This document shows, piece by piece, positions 1-7,258 of a DNA stretch of 17,770 nt. Below the pieces are notes generated by a model. The model was not told where the DNA came from. It saw only the letters and a program-made list of their open reading frames with translations, and searched no databases. Where the stretch lies: UHGV virus genome UHGV-0302460; one strand, 5' to 3'. Every line of letters starts with the position of its first letter. Positions within the stretch are counted from its first letter, which is position 1. Made by a program: the position numbers and the translations under genes. The stretch is from a virus.

Positions 1-319
1 AGTGATGAGAGCAACAGGCTGAATCAGGGCGTGTTTGTTGATGACTGGGGGCGTCCCGAAAAATATCTGGTGTATAAAAGTCGTCCCGTATCCGGACGGC
101 AGATGGAAACCAAAGAAGTGGATGCAGAGCGAATGCAGACGTCCCGCGCATCTGGTGCAGACGGCGAACAAATTTAAGATGCAGCATTCGCTCTGCATCC
201 ACTTCTTTGGTTTCCATCTGCCGTCCGGATACGGGACGACTTTTATACACCAGATATTTTTCGGGACGCCCCCAGTCATCAACAAACACGCCCTGATTCA
301 GCCTGTTGCTCTCATCACT
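1..319. repeat. Perfect inverted repeat pair at left window edge: arm 1..136 is the reverse complement of arm 184..319, with a 47-bp non-palindromic spacer (137..183)
   Basis: Checked base by base: reverse complement of 1..136 equals 184..319; the match stops at 137/183. Arm 1 starts at the window boundary, so the repeat may continue beyond the window. Confidence 0.9.
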
Positions 320-856
320 GGTCATGGGAATAAAGTCTGGCTCGAGCGCCTCCAGCCAGAAATGAACACCGGCAGAAGGCGTCAGGCTGTTTATGCGCCC
401 GGAAACCATCTGGGCAAACACCTCACCATCGCGCAGCCAGGTACGCAGCATCAGACGTTCCAGCATCGGACGGGTAAACTGCCCGGTGACTTCCGGGCTG
501 ACAGACCATTCACTCCATCGGGTGCGAATCTCCGCAGCCAGGTCACGGGCAATGGCCCCATTGCGTAATACCGGATGTGGCTCGACAATAATCCCGTTTT
601 TCCCCACCACCCGTTCTTCCAGCTTGTCAAATACACCAATAACCAGATCGTGGTTGTTATCAAGGTAACGGGCCTGCTCACGTAACGACACGGCCCCGTA
701 CTGGCTTAGCTGGTCGGCAGTTCGGTTCTCCCGTCGGGCTTTGTGTGTCCGCGTCGTTTTTACGGCTTCATAAGCCTGGATCACCGCACGGGAACGCAGC
801 CTTGCCGCTTTCCATCCTGGTGAAAAAACGCCAATCACATCATCAAGAATTGCCAT
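137..856 (-). CDS. Phage portal protein, lambda-like family, 5' part only; the gene runs into the fold-back repeat
   Basis: ATG at 856..854 overlaps the gpW-like stop (TGATG). The frame is open to the window start. Translation MAILDDVIGVFSPGW...GVFVDDWGRPEKYLVYKSRPVSGRQMETKEVDAERMLHLKFVRRLHQMRGTS has portal-like character and the position after terminase and gpW fits. It was missing from the ORF track because it runs off the window edge. Codons read from 136..1 are the inverted copy of 184..319 and are probably not real portal sequence. Confidence 0.65.
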
Positions 857-1074
857 CAGAACCTCGCCAGCCGGTACCCGGGATGCCCCCGTCGTCGTGT
901 AATCAGAGCCGCAAGGCGGCGCTCCCACTCCTGCCGCCCCTGCCGGATCTCAGATAAGTTTTCCATGGTCATCTGCTGACCATTAAAGGTGACGGATTTT
1001 CCGTCCAGCACCGCCATTTCAGCTTCCGTATAACGCTGAATCATGGCTTCGATATCATTCTGGTTCATAACCAT
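856..1074 (-). CDS. gpW-like head-tail joining protein
   Basis: 72-aa ORF between large terminase and portal, the same position as lambda W. C-terminal RRRGHPGY resembles lambda W RRRGPAGF. Start overlaps the terminase stop. Confidence 0.55.
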   Translation of the reverse strand: MVMNQNDIEAMIQRYTEAEMAVLDGKSVTFNGQQMTMENLSEIRQGRQEWERRLAALITRRRGHPGYRLARF

Positions 1075-3167
1075 CCTCCGGAAGTCAGCCAGGGGTTAAC
1101 ATCGTCAGTTACTGTTTTCTTCCGTTTTTGTTTTTTAACAGGCGTGGATACCGGTTCCGGTGAGGATGACGGTTCGGTACTGTCCTGGACACACTCCAGC
1201 CAGGTTTCCCGGCTCGCCCACTCCGGTGCATCCGGCCAGCGGATCTTTTCGTATCCATGCAGAATGACCAGAGCCTCGGCATACACCATCAGGTCAAAAG
1301 CTTCGTTGGCACCGCGACCCGGCTTACTCCATTTCCCGTCACTGCTCCGCTCTTCATACGTCAGTTCGTCGTAAAACCAGCTCCCCAGCCAGTCAGGGAA
1401 ATGCACATAGCCGGGACCTGGCGAGTCACGCCATAACGCGTTATTCACCCGGTCTTTCAGTGCATCCGTCTGAAGAAGCCAGAGCGGCACATCACCTGCG
1501 GCCTGCGCCCGTCGGCCCGTTCGTCCGGTGTTATCAGGGAATGTACGGGTGATCAGTTTTGCGCGCCGGATGCTGTCGCCCTTAAACAGGTAAATACGTT
1601 TACCAAGGCCATCACGACGGCAACGACGCCAGAATTTATAGGCATTATCAGTGACCCCGTCTTCACCGCCGGAGTCCACCGCCATTGCCATCAGTCGCAT
1701 TTGTTGAGAAGGATCGGAGGCCAGCGGCCAGCTTTTATGAAAAACATCCGTCAGCAGGACATCCCAGTCTTCCGGATAGCTGGCCGGATCAATTCGCTGG
1801 CTCTCCCCGTCGCTGTCACCGCGCAATGACTGCGTGATGTTGTAACGATCAATAATCCAGCGTTCGCCACGGCTGCCATAGCCCGTTACCTGAACCACAA
1901 AACGGCGATGACGTCCCGCCTGCACATCCACTGTCGCCACAAGGAAATTAACGCCATCCGGCACACTGCGGGAAGGAACTGGCTCTGCCCGCTGCTCAAG
2001 CAGTTCACTTTTTCGTTGCTCCATGCTGGCGCGGGGAAGATAAGGTAATCCCCAGTCGGTATTGATAACCGTCTTGAGTGTTTCTTCACTTCCGGTTGTC
2101 TCGTATTCCTGTTCTGCAGTAAGCAGTTTGTAAACGAGTTGCGAGAGTGTCTGGTAAGCAGCTGCCGGACCCTCCATCCAGAATGACGCAATACGTGAGC
2201 GTCGGGGATCACCATAACGACTGCCATCCGCATTGATGGATTCACCATCCCGCAACCAGACCCCACGTCCGTTCAGCTCACGTTTTTGTTCAGGCATAAT
2301 CCGTCCTGAACAGGAAGGACACTGAATATAAGCCGCCTCACTTGCCAGCACGGGATCGGCAATATCACGGAAACCAGCAACCACATCGCCGCAGGGCTGA
2401 AAATACTCACCACAGTGTGGACAAGGCCAGTACCAGCGACGGCGATCGCCACGGTTATAGAGCGACAGTATCCCCGTGGTTGGTGGAGCCTCATGCGGTG
2501 AAGTCCGTCGCCATTTCACATCCTTCACATCCCTGCCGGGGGAACTCTCCACAAGCGTCATACCACTGGACATAAATGTTGTGGTACGTTTTGAGGCAAG
2601 AGAGAAAGCATCCCCCTCGCCATCAATATCTTCCGGAAAACGGTCATAATCCGTCAGCGCGACGCATTTATAATCTGATGAGGACATGATATTGACTGAC
2701 GGCCAGCCGATTTTCAGGTAGTTACCAGCAAGGAATGTTCTGTCATAAACGTTGTTGTCATTTTTGTTCGGACTCAGGCGACTGACCACTTCCGGGCTGA
2801 CGCGAAACGTTCTGGCGAGTCGTTTTTTGGAGTGTTCGCGGGCTTTTTCCTCCGTCATCTGTATGATCAGCATATCAGCAGGATCGCAAATCACGTTGTA
2901 AATCACCCAGCCGTCAATCAGGCCGATAGTCTTGCCGGTTCGTGCCGGGCCAACAAATATCACTGCGTCGTATTCACGCGAGGCCAGGCAGTTCATCGGC
3001 TCAATAACATACGGTGCCACCAGCGGATCCCACGGGACTGAGTTCCCTGCCCCCATGGGCACCCGCATATACTGAGCAACGGCATCAGCAACCCGCATTC
3101 GTCTCGGTGCGCGAAGGATATAACCTGAATCGGTTCGTGCTGCCTTTGCGGTTTCCTGATTCAGCAT
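1065..3167 (-). CDS. Terminase large subunit, lambda gpA-like
   Basis: 700-aa ORF with a Walker A-like GPARTGKT motif and a WPCPHCGEYFQ motif resembling lambda A ACPHCGEEQYL. Its ATG overlaps the stop of the upstream small terminase (TAATG). Confidence 0.85.
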   Translation of the reverse strand: MLNQETAKAARTDSGYILRAPRRMRVADAVAQYMRVPMGAGNSVPWDPLVAPYVIEPMNCLASREYDAVIFVGPARTGKTIGLIDGWVIYNVICDPADMLIIQMTEEKAREHSKKRLARTFRVSPEVVSRLSPNKNDNNVYDRTFLAGNYLKIGWPSVNIMSSSDYKCVALTDYDRFPEDIDGEGDAFSLASKRTTTFMSSGMTLVESSPGRDVKDVKWRRTSPHEAPPTTGILSLYNRGDRRRWYWPCPHCGEYFQPCGDVVAGFRDIADPVLASEAAYIQCPSCSGRIMPEQKRELNGRGVWLRDGESINADGSRYGDPRRSRIASFWMEGPAAAYQTLSQLVYKLLTAEQEYETTGSEETLKTVINTDWGLPYLPRASMEQRKSELLEQRAEPVPSRSVPDGVNFLVATVDVQAGRHRRFVVQVTGYGSRGERWIIDRYNITQSLRGDSDGESQRIDPASYPEDWDVLLTDVFHKSWPLASDPSQQMRLMAMAVDSGGEDGVTDNAYKFWRRCRRDGLGKRIYLFKGDSIRRAKLITRTFPDNTGRTGRRAQAAGDVPLWLLQTDALKDRVNNALWRDSPGPGYVHFPDWLGSWFYDELTYEERSSDGKWSKPGRGANEAFDLMVYAEALVILHGYEKIRWPDAPEWASRETWLECVQDSTEPSSSPEPVSTPVKKQKRKKTVTDDVNPWLTSGGWL

Positions 3168-3661
3168 TACTCCTCCCGCTGTAATTCCTCCTCATCATCC
3201 GCACCTGCTTCGGTCACCCGCAGGGCTATCTGATCGCGCAGATCATCAATAATGGACTGAACACGGCTCACAGCGGCAGGCTGCAGACCGCAGTCACGTT
3301 CAAGAATATCCGGTAATGTCTCCAGCACCTGCACGACCGCTTTTGCCCAGATGGCAAACTCCCGTCTGACATCACTGGCCGGAATGAGTTGTGCCGTTTC
3401 CTGTTCGAACTTAAGACGCTCACGTTCAGACTGATACCAGGCTTTGCGCTCATGCGCGTCCATTTCGCCTTCTGCAACCGGCGGTGGTAATGCCAGAAAT
3501 GCCGACACAATATCAACCACCCGATAAAGCTTGAGGTTGCTTTCATGCCCCCCTGCAACGGGTAGATTTTGCAGCCTTGCCGCAGCAGTCTGGCGATGTA
3601 CACCTGACAGTGCCGCCAGTTGACTGATATTCAGCGTCAGATTTTTTAACTCTCGATCCAT
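3167..3661 (-). CDS. Terminase small subunit, Nu1-like
   Basis: 164-aa ORF directly upstream of, and translationally coupled to, the large terminase. N-terminal HTH-like segment (LTLNISQLAALSGVHRQTAAARL) and acidic C-terminus. A cos-like site lies about 170 bp upstream. Confidence 0.65.
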   Translation of the reverse strand: MDRELKNLTLNISQLAALSGVHRQTAAARLQNLPVAGGHESNLKLYRVVDIVSAFLALPPPVAEGEMDAHERKAWYQSERERLKFEQETAQLIPASDVRREFAIWAKAVVQVLETLPDILERDCGLQPAAVSRVQSIIDDLRDQIALRVTEAGADDEEELQREE

Positions 3662-3824
3662 ACCCGCTCCAGAATGTTTTAAACATGCATCTTGCGAACA
3701 ACTTTAGGCAAACGGTGTTAGTGATGAACAAAAAACAATCAAAATCGACACCACAAAAATAAAACCACTGTAATATCAATACATTACAGCAGTGGTGATG
3801 ACGAATGAAATTTCAAAAACTAGC

Positions 3825-3880
3825 CTTTTTCCGCGACGCTCCCGCCCCGTGGCAGGCCACCCCACCGGAAGGACCCGCCA
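3825..3880 (-). other. Putative cos packaging site (cosQ/cosN-like)
   Basis: Minus strand reads GCGGGTCCTTCCGGTG...CCACG GGGCGGGAGCGT CGCGG. From memory, the lambda right end and cos read ACGGGTCCTTTCCGGTGATCCGACAGGTTACG GGGCGGCGACCT CGCGGG. The putative 12-nt core maps to 3836..3847 and matches the lambda cohesive end at 8 of 12 positions, with conserved flanks. Confidence 0.45.
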
Positions 3881-4114
3881 AAATGAGAGTGATTATCACC
3901 ATTGCTGATGAATAAATTGATGAAAATCATTGAAACGCCTTTCAGCAAGATAACGGCGACGGTCGTTGTTGAACTCCGTAGCTCTGCTACTAAGGTTAAA
4001 AGCATGGCCATCTTTTGCCACCGGCAAATCTTCAATGGATTTCCCCTGCCGGTTTTTTATTCCTCACATTATCGCAGCCCCTCAGTGAAGGGCTGCTGTA
4101 ATGCCTGCTCTTAC

Positions 4115-4477
4115 TCAGTAACGACCGCGCCTTCCGGTAATTTCATACCGGCAAATACCGGACAGCCCGGGGATCGTTATCTGCAGCTGGTTAGCCAGGG
4201 AGTTAATCTCAGCGACCAACACTGGCTTCGTATAGCGCCATGCCGCCAGCCCTTGTCCACAGAAGCTCGCCATATCTTTTTTCTGATCAAACTCATGACA
4301 CTTCATATTGAGCTGCGCACTTAAGCTGTTGCGATGCTGAAGTTCTCCGGTGAAGTAGTCATCCAGGACTTTATAGGCTGCATATTTAAATCCGGGGTTT
4401 AGCCATGCTGCATAATCATAAGCAACAAACTTCCCGCCATATGTTCCACCGTGTACACCGCGCTCAGTAAAAACCAC
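4115..4477 (-). CDS. Hypothetical protein; N-terminus resembles the C-terminal half of a KilA-N domain, possibly a 5'-truncated remnant
   Basis: 120-aa ORF with a GTG start 21 nt after the minus-strand Rz stop. GGTYGGKFVAYDYAAWLNPGF resembles the KilA-N C-terminal motif GTWvHp.lA...A.WLsPeF, but the N-terminal half of the domain is absent. Confidence 0.35.
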   Translation of the reverse strand: MVFTERGVHGGTYGGKFVAYDYAAWLNPGFKYAAYKVLDDYFTGELQHRNSLSAQLNMKCHEFDQKKDMASFCGQGLAAWRYTKPVLVAEINSLANQLQITIPGLSGICRYEITGRRGRY

Positions 4478-4498
4478 AGATTCGTGTTTTTTCTCCAG

Positions 4499-4645
4499 CT
4501 ACTTAATGCGCTGGGTGCGGATATATTCCTGCGCCCCTTCCAGTTGCTTCTGCATCGTCATCAACCGTTCTCTGAGGGTGAAATAATCCCGTTCAGCGGT
4601 GTCTGCCAGTCGGGGGCTGGTTGCATTATCCATGCTGGTGGGTCC
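4499..4645 (-). pseudogene. Rz (i-spanin) C-terminal fragment on minus strand
   Basis: Minus-strand translation ...[50 protein letters not shown] with stop at 4501..4499 matches the lambda Rz C-terminus pattern. Its upstream continuation is broken at 4645/4646. Confidence 0.6.
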
Positions 4646-4913
4646 CGCTGACATGCAGCAGCGTCAGCGTGATGTTGCTGCGATCGATGCAAAATACACG
4701 AAGGAGTTAGCCGATGCGAAAACTGAAAATGAAACTCTGCGCGCTGATGTTGCCGCTGGTCGTAAGCGCCTGCGGGTCAATGCCAGTTGCTCCGCAGCCG
4801 TGCGTGAAGCCACCGGACCCACCAGCATGGATAATGCAACCAGCCCCCGACTGGCAGACACCGCTGAACGGGATTATTTCACCCTCAGAGAACGGTTGAT
4901 GACGATGCAGAAG
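4646..4913 (+). pseudogene. Internal Rz fragment in inverted (plus) orientation
   Basis: Plus-strand translation [88 protein letters not shown] is a contiguous mid-to-C-terminal Rz segment. It lacks the N-terminal TM anchor and the native C-terminus. Confidence 0.6.
4714..4899 (+). CDS. Rz1-like o-spanin lipoprotein, copy 1, nested in the inverted Rz fragment
   Basis: 61 aa: [61 protein letters not shown]. Signal peptide with lipobox-like VVSAC and a proline-rich body, typical of lambda Rz1, in the +1 frame inside Rz. Confidence 0.6.
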   Translation: MRKLKMKLCALMLPLVVSACGSMPVAPQPCVKPPDPPAWIMQPAPDWQTPLNGIISPSENG

Positions 4914-5222
4914 GCGCTTACGACCAGCGGCAACATCAGCGCGCAGAGTTTCATTTTCAGTTTTCGCATCGGCTAACTCCTTCGTGTATTTTGCATCGAT
5001 CGCAGCAACATCACGCTGACGCTGCTGCATGTCAGCGATGGTGGCGGTCGCCTGCTTCAGCTCACTGACTTTTTTATCACGCTGTTCTTTGTAGGCGATG
5101 GCGTTATCACGGTAATGATTGACCGCCCACGACAGGCAGACGATGATGCAGATAACCAAAGCATAAATAATCGCGGCGACTCTGAGTGAGCTGAAGCAGT
5201 CGATCGCCACCATCGCTGACAT
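4912..5222 (-). pseudogene. Rz (i-spanin) N-terminal fragment on minus strand, with TM anchor
   Basis: Minus-strand translation ...[93 protein letters not shown] matches the lambda Rz N-terminus [21 protein letters not shown].... The expected native start near 5184 is replaced by a junction; the only ATG is a fortuitous one at 5222. The fragment ends at the 4911/4912 junction. Confidence 0.6.
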
Positions 5223-5526
5223 GCAGCAGCGTCAGCGTGATGTTGCTGCACTCGATGCAAAGTACTCGAGAGAATTAGCCAATGCGAAAGCTGAAAATGA
5301 AACTCTGCGCGCTGATGTTGCCGCTGGTCGTCGTCGGTTGCACATCAAAGCAGTCTGTCAGTCAGTGCGTGAAGCCACCACCGCCTCCGGCGTGGATAAT
5401 GCAGCCTCCCCCCGACTGGCAGACACCGCTGAACGGGATTATTTCACCCTCCGGGAACGACTGGTAATGATGCAGGCCCAACTTGAAGGTGCTCAGCAAT
5501 ACATAACCGAGCAGTGTTTAAAGTAA
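5185..5526 (+). pseudogene. Rz (i-spanin) copy 2, N-terminally truncated, lacking the TM anchor
   Basis: Translation (L)[113 protein letters not shown] is very close to lambda Rz from about residue 45 to the end. There is an in-frame stop at 5164..5166 and the first ATG is at 5221. This resembles the rzpR pseudogene situation in the K-12 Rac prophage. Confidence 0.7.
5282..5467 (+). CDS. Rz1-like o-spanin lipoprotein, copy 2
   Basis: 61 aa: [61 protein letters not shown], nearly identical to lambda Rz1 as I remember it. Lipobox VVGC; nested in the +1 frame of Rz copy 2. Confidence 0.8.
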   Translation: MRKLKMKLCALMLPLVVVGCTSKQSVSQCVKPPPPPAWIMQPPPDWQTPLNGIISPSGNDW

Positions 5527-5663
5527 AATCTTAACTACAATATGATTCATTTTGATGATTGTTTCATAAGGAACAGTGAAGTAAGATCTAAGAGGAGTTA
5601 AATTTTATACAGTATAATCATAATATTGCAGCAAGGTGGTTATAATTGAAAGAATATTTAGAT

Positions 5664-7121
5664 ATGAATACATCTCATGTAAGAGTTGTTACTCATATGT
5701 GTGGGTTCCTGGTTTGGCTCTATAGTCTTTCAATGTTGCCACCAATGGTTGTAGCATTGTTTTATAAAGAAAAAAGCCTGTTCGTTTTCTTTATAACTTT
5801 CGTTATATTTTTTTGCATTGGTGGCGGAGCGTGGTATACAACTAAGAAATCTGGCATTCAATTACGTACCCGTGATGGGTTTATTATAATTGTAATGTTT
5901 TGGATTTTGTTTTCTGTTATTAGTGCATTCCCTTTATGGATTGACTCAGAACTTAATTTAACGTTCATTGATGCTCTGTTTGAAGGGGTTTCTGGAATAA
6001 CAACAACAGGAGCAACTGTAATTGATGATGTTAGTTCATTACCTCGGGCATATTTGTACTATCGGTCACAGTTAAATTTTATAGGTGGTTTAGGAGTTAT
6101 TGTTCTGGCGGTTGCTGTATTGCCATTATTGGGTATTGGTGGTGCAAAGCTTTATCAGTCAGAAATGCCGGGGCCATTTAAGGATGACAAACTCACTCCC
6201 CGCCTGGCCGATACGTCACGGACACTGTGGATAACTTATTCTTTATTAGGTATTGCTTGTATTGTCTGTTATAGACTTGCAGGAATGCCTTTGTTTGATG
6301 CTATTTGTCACGGGATTTCCACAGTTTCGCTTGGTGGTTTCTCAACTCATAGCGAGAGTATCGGATATTTTAATAACTATTTGGTTGAGCTGGTGGCTGG
6401 TTCTTTTTCCCTGCTATCGGCTTTCAACTTCACTCTTTGGTATATTGTTATTAGCAGGAAAACGATAAAACCTTTAATCAGAGATATTGAACTTCGTTTC
6501 TTTCTGTTAATAGCCTTAGGGGTGATCATTGTTACCTCTTTCCAGGTCTGGCATATAGGTATGTATGACTTGCATGGAAGTTTTATTCATTCGTTTTTTC
6601 TTGCCAGCTCCATGCTCACTGATAATGGTTTAGCTACGCAGGATTATGCAAGTTGGCCCACGCACACGATAGTGTTTTTGCTGTTGTCAAGTTTCTTTGG
6701 GGGATGTATAGGTTCAACTTGTGGTGGAATTAAGTCACTTCGATTTCTTATACTTTTCAAACAAAGCAAACACGAGATAAATCAGCTTTCTCATCCCAGA
6801 GCGTTGTTGAGTGTAAATGTAGGAGGGAAGATAGTTACAGATCGTGTAATGAGGTCTGTATGGAGTTTCTTTTTTCTTTATACTCTCTTCACGGTGTTTT
6901 TTATACTGGTGTTAAATGGTATGGGATATGATTTTCTTACATCATTTGCAACAGTGGCTGCATGTATTAATAATATGGGATTAGGTTTTGGGGCTACTGC
7001 ATCGTCATTCGGAGTGCTTAATGACATTGCAAAATGTTTAATGTGCATAGCTATGATTCTTGGTCGCCTTGAAATTTATCCTGTTATTATATTGTTTTCA
7101 GGTTTTTTTTGGCGCTCCTAA
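5664..7121 (+). CDS. trkG: TrkH/TrkG-family potassium uptake membrane protein
   Basis: Reading from the ATG at 5664 gives 485 aa starting MNTSHVRVVTHMCGFLVWLYSLSM..., which I recognise as E. coli TrkG (a Rac prophage gene). It is a multi-pass membrane protein with GIGG-type selectivity-filter-like motifs (LLGIGG, GFGATA). The coding region is strongly AT-rich compared with its flanks. The ORF-track start at 5646 is a TTG upstream extension. Confidence 0.88.
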   Translation: MNTSHVRVVTHMCGFLVWLYSLSMLPPMVVALFYKEKSLFVFFITFVIFFCIGGGAWYTTKKSGIQLRTRDGFIIIVMFWILFSVISAFPLWIDSELNLTFIDALFEGVSGITTTGATVIDDVSSLPRAYLYYRSQLNFIGGLGVIVLAVAVLPLLGIGGAKLYQSEMPGPFKDDKLTPRLADTSRTLWITYSLLGIACIVCYRLAGMPLFDAICHGISTVSLGGFSTHSESIGYFNNYLVELVAGSFSLLSAFNFTLWYIVISRKTIKPLIRDIELRFFLLIALGVIIVTSFQVWHIGMYDLHGSFIHSFFLASSMLTDNGLATQDYASWPTHTIVFLLLSSFFGGCIGSTCGGIKSLRFLILFKQSKHEINQLSHPRALLSVNVGGKIVTDRVMRSVWSFFFLYTLFTVFFILVLNGMGYDFLTSFATVAACINNMGLGFGATASSFGVLNDIAKCLMCIAMILGRLEIYPVIILFSGFFWRS

Positions 7122-7258
7122 TATATGGCTGATTTATAATTGTGAGTTTAATATTATGTTGACTCACTCATTGATCCAATACCTAACTTTACCAGCAACC
7201 CCTCCGTCCCCAGTAGCACTGGCTGCTGGGGTGCGTTTTATTCATAAAGCAAGGCTGT

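Larger units (their letters stand above)
4547..4913. repeat. Perfect inverted repeat IR-A: 4547..4645 is the reverse complement of 4815..4913 (99 bp)
   Basis: Verified by manual reverse complementation. Mismatches at 4546/4914 and 4646/4814 bound the arms. Confidence 0.8.
4646..5037. repeat. Perfect inverted repeat IR-B: 4646..4771 is the reverse complement of 4912..5037 (126 bp)
   Basis: Verified by manual reverse complementation. The arms interleave with IR-A, leaving a unique 43-bp core at 4772..4814. Confidence 0.8.

Noticed and set aside
35-568. 177-aa plus-strand ORF at the left edge
   Set aside because: It lies antisense to the portal gene and reads straight through the fold-back inverted repeat (1..136 against 184..319). 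It is a by-product of the palindromic sequence, not a gene.
1886-3041. Several 70-126-aa ORFs inside the large terminase gene (1886..2266, 2273..2494, 2342..2575, 2832..3041)
   Set aside because: They are antisense or out of frame relative to a well-supported 700-aa terminase ORF and have no start signals or recognisable motifs.
3820-4324. ORFs 3820..4035 (minus) and 3902..4324 (plus) in the cos-to-Rz spacer
   Set aside because: They overlap each other, the cos region and the 4115..4477 gene. They have no convincing RBS or protein-like composition. The region more likely holds cos flanks and hairpins (for example 4074..4096, GCAGCCC...GGGCTGC).
4451-4976. Plus-strand ORFs 4451..4651 and 4599..4976, and minus-strand ORF 4664..4861
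   Set aside because: These read across the Rz inverted-repeat junctions and are chimeric frames created by the rearrangement. Only the Rz-homologous parts are meaningful, and those are annotated as fragments.
5646-5663. TTG start at 5646 for trkG (ORF-track N-terminus MKEYLD...)
   Set aside because: The ATG at 5664 gives a 485-aa product starting MNTSHV, matching the TrkG length and N-terminus as I remember them.
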